DNA of 64,000 nt from sequence record OR836606.1. One strand, written 5' to 3'. This DNA comes from Staphylococcus phage LY01. Within the stretch, counting starts at the first letter, position 1; the number at the start of each line of letters is the position of its first letter. Both the position numbers and the translations under genes were made by a program. A model generated the notes under the pieces. It saw only the letters and a program-made list of their open reading frames with translations. It was not told where the DNA came from and searched no databases. Below, piece after piece: positions 56,991 through 64,000 of this stretch.

Positions 56991-57463
56991 TCATTACGTT
57001 CTTTTATATATAAAGTTAGTTTGTAATACATCATATCTAGTACTATATTTTCTATTTCATCTTCTTTATATATTAAAGATAATTTATTTTTGAAATCATC
57101 AGATAAATAATTCATGAATTTTTCAAATACATCTTCAAGTATAACATTTTTTCTTTGTTCGGATATAGTTATATTTTTAGTTGAAACTGAAGGATTGTCT
57201 AATTTTAAATCCATGTATGTTTCTTCTATAGTTAAATCATAAGTGGGTTTTAAAAAATCATCGATCATGAAATTTAATGATTCTAATACATCTTTCCCAG
57301 TTGATTGCTTTTCTAGAATAGATATTTTATTTCTATAATTTTTATTCATCTTAATATTTTTAACTAATTCTTTTCTAAAATGAATTGATATAAATATAAA
57401 TACTAAAGTAGTTAAAAAGAATGCTAAAGATAAAATACTAAGTATAATTACATTATCTAACAT
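56972..57463 (-). CDS. hypothetical membrane protein (163 aa; N-terminal TM helix)
   Basis: ORF starting 'MLDNVIILSILSLAFFLTTLVFIFISI'. Confidence 0.5.
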   Translation of the reverse strand: MLDNVIILSILSLAFFLTTLVFIFISIHFRKELVKNIKMNKNYRNKISILEKQSTGKDVLESLNFMIDDFLKPTYDLTIEETYMDLKLDNPSVSTKNITISEQRKNVILEDVFEKFMNYLSDDFKNKLSLIYKEDEIENIVLDMMYYKLTLYIKERNELQKNS

Positions 57464-57526
57464 CTACTTCCACCCTCTTTCTTCGTCTTTTTTCTTTCTC
57501 TACTATATTTTCTTTCATTTTATATT

Positions 57527-58081
57527 TTATACTTCCACTTTAATGAAGTTAACATTATTCGAAATTAATAATTCCATCACATCTTCATAACCATCATATA
57601 ATTCATTAAAATATACATTTTTAATACCTGCAGCAATTATACTCTTAGCACAATTATAACATGGTGAGTGAGTACAATATAAATCTAAACCTTCAGTAGA
57701 AATACCTTTTTTATTCATCTTAGATAGAGCATTTATTTCAGCATGAACTTCATTTAATAAAGACCATTTATGATGTTGTTCTTGATCTTCACATTTAATC
57801 CATTCAATTAAATTAGTTTCTTCATTAAGATCTTTTACGTACCAAATTCCATCTTCTTTTTTAAATATTTCATTACAATTCAATTTATCCGGAAAAGAAC
57901 CATTCACACCAAGAGAGAATATAGAATCGTCATCAGCTATAATTGAACTAACTTTCTTAGCAGCACATTTACTAATAGCAGAAGATCTAATACAAAAATC
58001 CATGCATAGTCTATTCCAATCACTTATGCCCAATGCTTCATTATAATCATCTTCATTGTTAAAATCTATTTTAGTTGTCAT
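57527..58081 (-). CDS. dCMP deaminase (cytidine/deoxycytidylate deaminase family)
   Basis: Zinc-binding motifs 'HAEINA' and 'CTHSPCYNCAKSI'. Confidence 0.8.
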   Translation of the reverse strand: MTTKIDFNNEDDYNEALGISDWNRLCMDFCIRSSAISKCAAKKVSSIIADDDSIFSLGVNGSFPDKLNCNEIFKKEDGIWYVKDLNEETNLIEWIKCEDQEQHHKWSLLNEVHAEINALSKMNKKGISTEGLDLYCTHSPCYNCAKSIIAAGIKNVYFNELYDGYEDVMELLISNNVNFIKVEV

Positions 58082-58692
58082 TAAAATATCTCTCCCTTTT
58101 CTAATTTAGTTATAAATTTATCAGCTTTATCAATAGCATATTCTATAGAAAAAGCACTATTACTATTTTCCATAGCTTCCATTTTAGCTTTTACTGCATA
58201 CTCATCAGCTAAATCATTATATTTTTCGTTATTATGACCTTTAGTCCATTGAACATCAATGTAATATTTATGTTTATTTCTATTTACATAAGATTTAATC
58301 CTGTTCATCAATTTCCATAATTCTATATTTTTAACATCAGATCCAGAATTAGTTTTCCAGCCATTTTCAATCCAATTATCAATATATTTATTGTAACTAT
58401 TAACTACATACTGACTATCTGATTTTATATTAATATTAATTTTACCTTTATAATCACAAGAATCTATAGCAAACATTATTGAAAATAGTACTGACAATAT
58501 TTCTAATTTATTATTAGTTAAATCTTTTCCTATATAAGGTATTGCAAGATAATCAAATATATTATCTTCAACAGGTATAATACCTAGTCCTCCGTATTTA
58601 GTTCCTTTAGATTTAACCCCTTTTATTGCTCCATCACAATAAATTTCTATGTTCCTAGCATTCTCTTTAAGCAATTTTTTAAAGTCTATCAA
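58081..58692 (-). CDS. rnh: Ribonuclease H (RNase HI)
   Basis: 'IEIYCDGA', 'SDSQYVVNSYNKYIDNWIENGWKT' (compare E. coli '[24 protein letters not shown]'), and 'WTKGHNNEKYNDLADEYA' (compare 'WVKGHAGHPENERCDELA'). Confidence 0.9.
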   Translation of the reverse strand: MIDFKKLLKENARNIEIYCDGAIKGVKSKGTKYGGLGIIPVEDNIFDYLAIPYIGKDLTNNKLEILSVLFSIMFAIDSCDYKGKININIKSDSQYVVNSYNKYIDNWIENGWKTNSGSDVKNIELWKLMNRIKSYVNRNKHKYYIDVQWTKGHNNEKYNDLADEYAVKAKMEAMENSNSAFSIEYAIDKADKFITKLEKGEIF

Positions 58693-58782
58693 TCTTATTC
58701 ACTCCCCCGAAAAAAAAAATAAGTGACCTTTTATTAAAGGTCACTTAATATTAATATTAAAGAAGTTATTTTGATTTTATAA

Positions 58783-60969
58783 TTAAATCATTAACTCTTC
58801 AACATCACATAGGTATTCACCATTTTGATAAACTTTATTTCCTTCTTTAGAAATATTATCTAAACCAGTAATTGATTTAATTAAATCAATATTGTATGTT
58901 AAACCTTTAACTTTAGTTACTTTAGGTTTAATGTCTTCTAGATTTTCTTCACCTGTTAAAATGTCATAATAATCTTCTACAATCATAGATTCATCATTAT
59001 TATTATGAATTTCAATTGTACGACCATCCAAGAATTTGATTTTAGATACAAAGAAATTAAATTCCGTATTTTCAAAAATGCTATTGATGAATAATTTACG
59101 TTTTTCAATTTCTTTCTCAATATCATTATTTGGTACTTTTCTTAATAAATGATTTTCTCCAGCATATTTAAATGAAATATCTTTAAATAACTTACTATCT
59201 TTAATAATAATGTAATCATATTTAACAGATTCTTCTTTGATAACTTCTTCAAATTCTTCATTACTATATTTTTTAGATTCTGAATCTTGTTTTTCGTTTG
59301 ATAGACCTTTAAAGAATTTTTTCATTTCTTGCTCTTCTTTATTATTTTCATTATTATAACGTCTATTAAATTTTTCTATTTGAGACATAGTTTCTACTTC
59401 AATATCATTTTTATTTACAGCCATTTCGTCTTCATCTCCTAATAAGATATCAAAATTTTCTTTATACTTAGAAAGACCATTTTTGTCTAAATAAGTTTTA
59501 ATACTTTGTTTAAATAAATTATAATACTCTTTATATTGATTTTTATAGTTTTTATTATCATAACTATATTCATCTTTCAAAGAATATAATTCTTTAATTT
59601 CTTCTTTTAATGAAATTGAACTACGTTTACTAGAATTTAAAGTATATTTAAATGCATCTAATAAACTAAATTCTTCATTAAAGAAATCTTCAACTTTATC
59701 ATTAATGTAATTTAAAATTACATTGTTAATTAAAACTTGCATAACGATAGAACTAGAGTCTCTAAAATCTTTAGCCACATTTGAGCCATCGATATCCATA
59801 TACATTAAAAAAGCAACATTATTTCTTTTAGGATATAAAATATAATTTAATACAAAGTTTTTAGAGTAAATATTAGTTTTTCTTCTATTTTCTAATGAAG
59901 TAAATAGATTGTAAACTAATTCACCAAAATATGGTTTAATATCTGCAATTTCTAAATCAGATAAAAGAATATATAAAGTTAATAAATCTCCTAATTTAGA
60001 GATATAAGAGTTTGATGTTAGATTAGATCTAAACGGATTAAACCCTTTAACCTTACTGTCGTCAACTAAAGAAGTCACTTCTTCTAATTTAGTGTTTTTA
60101 CCATCTTTAAAAACTAAACTTTTAATAACATTTCCACCTAAGTTATTTGTATTGAAATTATAATAAGAATAATAATTATAGAATTTATAGTCAGATTTTT
60201 GACTATAGTTATAAGTAGTACTATTATATTTTTCTTTAATAAAGAGATAAGCTTTTTCTTTGCGACTCTTTGTATTATTATTGTATTCTAAAAGTAAATC
60301 GACATCATGAATTTCATTTATCATAGTATTGATTTCTAAAATATATTCAATTAAATCTTCGTCATCTTGTTCTAAGAAAACCTTGAAACTTGGTTTATTT
60401 ATATTAGTTTCAACTTTAATAATTTCTTTTACATCCTTAATATCGTCTATTTTATTTTCTACAATTACATCTAATACATTACGACCAATTTTATCAGATA
60501 ACGTTAATCCTTTATGATAATTATAGTTTTCATTTTCATAGAATCTAAATATATTATAATTATCTACAATACTAGATTTAATGAAATGTAGTAAAGCTAT
60601 AGTTTCTTTTCCCACGACTTTAGTTTCATCTAAAGAACTTAAATTGAAATTTCTAGAAGATACTTGTGTCATAAAAGGATAATTTCCTATTTCATATATT
60701 ACATAAATAGTGTTATTATAAGAATTATCTCCATTATTATATGATACAAATCTAAAATCTTCTCCAATAAATACTGTATCTTTAATTATTTTTATGATTT
60801 CTTCAAAAAGATACTTAACATTGTATTTAAACAATTTGCTTTCTCTAATTGACTTTTTGTAATTAAGACCCATTTCTTTCTCAAACCATAATAATTCACT
60901 TTCTAATAATACCCTTTCCGTTCTACTTGAGTTTAAAATTTGTTTACTCATATCCAATTCACTCTCCAT
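58783..60969 (-). CDS. hypothetical protein (728 aa)
   Basis: Long ORF. Confidence 0.5.
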   Translation of the reverse strand: MESELDMSKQILNSSRTERVLLESELLWFEKEMGLNYKKSIRESKLFKYNVKYLFEEIIKIIKDTVFIGEDFRFVSYNNGDNSYNNTIYVIYEIGNYPFMTQVSSRNFNLSSLDETKVVGKETIALLHFIKSSIVDNYNIFRFYENENYNYHKGLTLSDKIGRNVLDVIVENKIDDIKDVKEIIKVETNINKPSFKVFLEQDDEDLIEYILEINTMINEIHDVDLLLEYNNNTKSRKEKAYLFIKEKYNSTTYNYSQKSDYKFYNYYSYYNFNTNNLGGNVIKSLVFKDGKNTKLEEVTSLVDDSKVKGFNPFRSNLTSNSYISKLGDLLTLYILLSDLEIADIKPYFGELVYNLFTSLENRRKTNIYSKNFVLNYILYPKRNNVAFLMYMDIDGSNVAKDFRDSSSIVMQVLINNVILNYINDKVEDFFNEEFSLLDAFKYTLNSSKRSSISLKEEIKELYSLKDEYSYDNKNYKNQYKEYYNLFKQSIKTYLDKNGLSKYKENFDILLGDEDEMAVNKNDIEVETMSQIEKFNRRYNNENNKEEQEMKKFFKGLSNEKQDSESKKYSNEEFEEVIKEESVKYDYIIIKDSKLFKDISFKYAGENHLLRKVPNNDIEKEIEKRKLFINSIFENTEFNFFVSKIKFLDGRTIEIHNNNDESMIVEDYYDILTGEENLEDIKPKVTKVKGLTYNIDLIKSITGLDNISKEGNKVYQNGEYLCDVEELMI

Positions 60970-61126
60970 TTAAAATATTTTTTGAAATACTATTAGCTAA
61001 TTAGTACTTCACTTTTATAATATATATTTAAAAATTTACATGAAACGTATAAAGACTAAGAAATATTCATAACATTTATTTATATTAATACAAATAAAAG
61101 AAAATTAGAAAGAAGGTATTAAATCT

Positions 61127-61810
61127 ATGCAAATGCCAAAAGTAGATAAAAAAGACCTTCCAAAATTAATCGAGACAATAGAGTTAAATGTAGATGAAAC
61201 AAAGAAATTTGAAATGTATAATAATGAAGATGATATAAAGTCTGAAGAGACATTTAATAAATATATTGAGAAAATTATTAGAAGTTCATATGAATATAAA
61301 TCATTTATTAAAGCTTTGAAAACAGAAATGGACCTCACTAAATGTAAATTTATTCCAGAAGTTGATATAAATGATGATAAGAGATTGACTATTGAGATGC
61401 ACCACTATCCATTGTCTTTATACGATATAGTATCTAGCTACAGAGAGAAGTTAAAAACTAACTATGAGTATAAAAAATCATATGAAAGTTTTAAAATAGC
61501 TGAAGATGTTATTAAGATGCATTTCGAAGGTAATGTAGGAATCGTACCTTTGTCTTATACTGCTCATGAATTAGCTCATAATGGAGATCTATTTATACCA
61601 TTAAATGAAGAGTTTGTTTTCGGTAATTTTGAAGGTTTATTTAATCAAGTGGAATTAGAAGCACCACTGGAAAATAAATTAGAAGCAGTTAAAAAAATGA
61701 CTAAAAAATATGAAGAAGATCCTTCTTTATATGAATCAGAAGTTCTTGACAAAGTTAAAACTGAAATCAAAATGAAAAATGAAGTTAAGCCAAATAAAAT
61801 AATTCAATAA
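61127..61810 (+). CDS. hypothetical protein (227 aa)
   Basis: ORF. Confidence 0.5.
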   Translation: MQMPKVDKKDLPKLIETIELNVDETKKFEMYNNEDDIKSEETFNKYIEKIIRSSYEYKSFIKALKTEMDLTKCKFIPEVDINDDKRLTIEMHHYPLSLYDIVSSYREKLKTNYEYKKSYESFKIAEDVIKMHFEGNVGIVPLSYTAHELAHNGDLFIPLNEEFVFGNFEGLFNQVELEAPLENKLEAVKKMTKKYEEDPSLYESEVLDKVKTEIKMKNEVKPNKIIQ

Positions 61811-61830
61811 AAAAAAAAATAATAAAAACG

Positions 61831-61872
61831 CCCTAACCTTAAATTAATAAGGTTAGGGCTATTATTTAAAAT
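61831..61872. terminator. Family 1 hairpin CCCTAACCTT-aaattaat-AAGGTTAGGG
   Basis: 10-bp stem between convergent genes. Confidence 0.6.
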
Positions 61873-63815
61873 ACAAAAATTATATTTCCACAGTCATAAA
61901 TTTTGTTTTTATCATTTTCATCCTTTCTTTTTTGTCTTATATAGTTATTCTTTCGATTCCCGTTATTCTTTGAAAAGTTACAGAAATCAGGTTCTGTTTC
62001 CGCTATTGGCAGCATATCATAGCTTTTCATTTTATATGCTACATACGAATCTCTTTTAACTATAAATTTTAAATTTTTGTATTTTCTATTAATTAATTCT
62101 AAATCAAATTTATTATTTGTCATGGTATGATAATTATGACATTTTCTTGTTTCCTTATTATAAGAGAATACTGAAATTAATCTATTCTTATAAATTACTC
62201 CTTTATATTCTGTGTCTCCTGTAACAAATTCTTGTCTAGAATTTTCAAAAAATTCTCTAAATTTATAATAACTAATTGTATCTATTTTTATTGAATTAGT
62301 GTCTATGTCTTCAATATCAAATCTTTTATCAAACATCATTAATTCAGATAAAAATCTACCAAATTTATCCCAGCCAATTCCTTTACTCTTATTAGGAATT
62401 TCATCATCATATATATTCAGTAAATGATAACCTTTATTTTCTAGCATTTTTAATTTTCTTAATTGATGGTATTTATTTGAAGCCTCTGATCTTGTTTCAG
62501 ATGAATGGTATTTGATACCTTGAACTTCAATAGCTAATTTTAAATTTTCTATAACTATATCAATGCCATAAGGTTTGATTAAATCTTCTATTTCATAATT
62601 ATTAACTTCAAAATCTAAACTTTGAATATACTCCCTTACAAAAGTTTCTGTTATCGAGGTACTAGTAGAAGAACATTTAGGACATTGTCTACCTTTAATT
62701 AATAAATCTTCAGCTGTTACTTTAAAAGGTCCATGCTTAAGACAAATTACTTCTTGTTTTTCTTTGATAGTCTTAGGTCTGAATTTATCAATTTTATATT
62801 TATTTTTACCATGTTTACGATCAGTTAATTTTTTATAAAAGTCCTGTCTTTCATTTTCTGTATAGATATTTTTATTTATATATTTAATCTTTCTACTTAA
62901 ATTAGTATTATTATCTTCTATTATTTGATCAACGGTCTTTTTATTTAATTTAGGTTTAATAATTTCCTTTGGTTTTTCAGCTTCTTTATTTTCTTCAATT
63001 TTACCTTTATCCAGTGATTTAATATTCTTTAAGAATTTCTTATTTTCTTTTTCAGAATTAGGTATCTTATCTGGTTCTATATAATACTTTAATTTAGGGG
63101 GATTTAAAACTTCATCTAAAAGTCTTTTATTTTCTTCATTTACGTCTACTTTTTCTTTAGTTTTTTTATTTTCTTTTTCCTTCTCTTCTTTTAATTCTTG
63201 ATATATTTTTTCATTTTTATTTTCTATGAATTTATCTTTCCAACTAGTGTCTTTCTTTTCTTCTTCTGTTTCTTTTTCGCATACAGGGCAACCTTTTTTC
63301 TTTATAAAGAAATCTATTGGAGTAGTAAAGAATGGACCATGCTTTCTACATATAACTTTTTGGTTGGATCTAATTGTTGATGGTTTAAAATGACTCATAT
63401 CATATATTATACTATTATAAGTAAAATTAGCAAAATTTTTGTAAAAGAATTCAATATTTTCTTTACTTTCTTTTTTGCATTCTCTAACTTTTACTTTTAA
63501 TTTGGTAGTACTATCTATATACTTATAGATATTTCTAAGATCTTCATCTAAACCTAACTCATCTAAATTAAAAATTTTAGATTTTTTAATATTTAATTCT
63601 TCTTCCTCTTTCTTAAAGTCTTTATCTAATTTTTTAATGTCTTTAGTGTATTTTAATGTCTTTATTTTATATTCTTTTGTAATATCACTAGCATCTTTAG
63701 TTACCATAATTGTATCCTTATTTAAATCATAATCTTTCTTAAAGTCTTCTAATAAAAATATATAATTATAGCCAAACTTTTCATTTAATGATTTCCTAAT
63801 TTTTGAACCTAACAT
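61866..63815 (-). CDS. hypothetical protein with two zinc-ribbon repeats (C..KHGPF..CPxC, twice) and a C-terminal DUF559/Vsr-like restriction-endonuclease-fold domain (649 aa)
   Basis: 'ICRKHGPFFTTPIDFFIKKKGCPVC' and 'ICLKHGPFKVTAEDLLIKGRQCPKC'. C-terminal 'LAIEVQGIKYH...KGYHLLNIYDDEI' resembles the DUF559 pattern 'aiEvDG..H...G..vlR'. Confidence 0.45.
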   Translation of the reverse strand: MLGSKIRKSLNEKFGYNYIFLLEDFKKDYDLNKDTIMVTKDASDITKEYKIKTLKYTKDIKKLDKDFKKEEEELNIKKSKIFNLDELGLDEDLRNIYKYIDSTTKLKVKVRECKKESKENIEFFYKNFANFTYNSIIYDMSHFKPSTIRSNQKVICRKHGPFFTTPIDFFIKKKGCPVCEKETEEEKKDTSWKDKFIENKNEKIYQELKEEKEKENKKTKEKVDVNEENKRLLDEVLNPPKLKYYIEPDKIPNSEKENKKFLKNIKSLDKGKIEENKEAEKPKEIIKPKLNKKTVDQIIEDNNTNLSRKIKYINKNIYTENERQDFYKKLTDRKHGKNKYKIDKFRPKTIKEKQEVICLKHGPFKVTAEDLLIKGRQCPKCSSTSTSITETFVREYIQSLDFEVNNYEIEDLIKPYGIDIVIENLKLAIEVQGIKYHSSETRSEASNKYHQLRKLKMLENKGYHLLNIYDDEIPNKSKGIGWDKFGRFLSELMMFDKRFDIEDIDTNSIKIDTISYYKFREFFENSRQEFVTGDTEYKGVIYKNRLISVFSYNKETRKCHNYHTMTNNKFDLELINRKYKNLKFIVKRDSYVAYKMKSYDMLPIAETEPDFCNFSKNNGNRKNNYIRQKRKDENDKNKIYDCGNIIFVF

Positions 63816-63902
63816 ATCTTTTTCAACTCCATATTATAAAAGTATTTGAGATAAATTATATCTCATTTTTATAATATATATTTAAATCTATGTATAAAAT
63901 AA

Positions 63903-63945
63903 CCCTAACCTTCAATTTAATGAGGTTAGGGTAAAAGTGCTTTAT
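63903..63945. terminator. Family 1 hairpin variant CCCTAACCTT-caatttaatg-AGGTTAGGG
   Basis: Stem conserved with the other three copies. Confidence 0.5.
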
Positions 63946-64000
63946 TAGTTTTTAGCCGATCAAAAAAGCATAAAATGATCCACCTAGTTTTTCTTTTAAG

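Overview
This 64 kb window is extremely AT-rich (roughly 25-30% GC by eye) and densely coding. It looks like part of a large (jumbo / T4-like) phage genome from a low-GC host. The calls supporting that are: a type II topoisomerase large subunit (GyrB / T4 gp39+gp60-like), a Mre11/SbcD-like gp47 nuclease, a DnaB/gp41-like helicase, dCMP deaminase, RNase H, a P-loop nucleotide kinase, an Amidase_2 endolysin with two PG_binding_1 repeats, a GroEL-like chaperonin, two giant (1529 and 1671 aa) probable virion proteins, and many conserved hairpin terminators. Positions 1-29.2 kb are almost entirely minus-strand genes, 29.5-33.4 kb and 38.5-44.6 kb are plus-strand blocks, and the rest is mixed.

Three things stand out. 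(1) The topoisomerase gene is split into three in-frame exons by two ultra-compact (156 nt and 171 nt) intervening sequences. Both carry the group I intron P/Q/R/S core consensus, a U at the 5' splice site and a G at the 3' end, and sit inside the DxDxDG Toprim motif and the YKGLGEM motif. (2) A third copy of the same ribozyme core lies immediately 5' of an intact tnpB (IS605 OrfB) gene, which is followed by a GC-rich structured omega-RNA-like region. Its predicted 5' splice site falls within the last codons of the 1529-aa ORF, so it may be an IStron-like element and the source of the two miniature copies. (3) A retron-type reverse transcriptase (YADD box, VTG motif) is preceded by a 1.2 kb non-coding region. 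That region holds five same-orientation hairpins with an invariant CGUAUUCA loop on covarying stems, interleaved with five distinct GC-rich structured modules. This may be a multi-template retron-like array.

All protein calls rest on motifs read by eye. No database searches were run.
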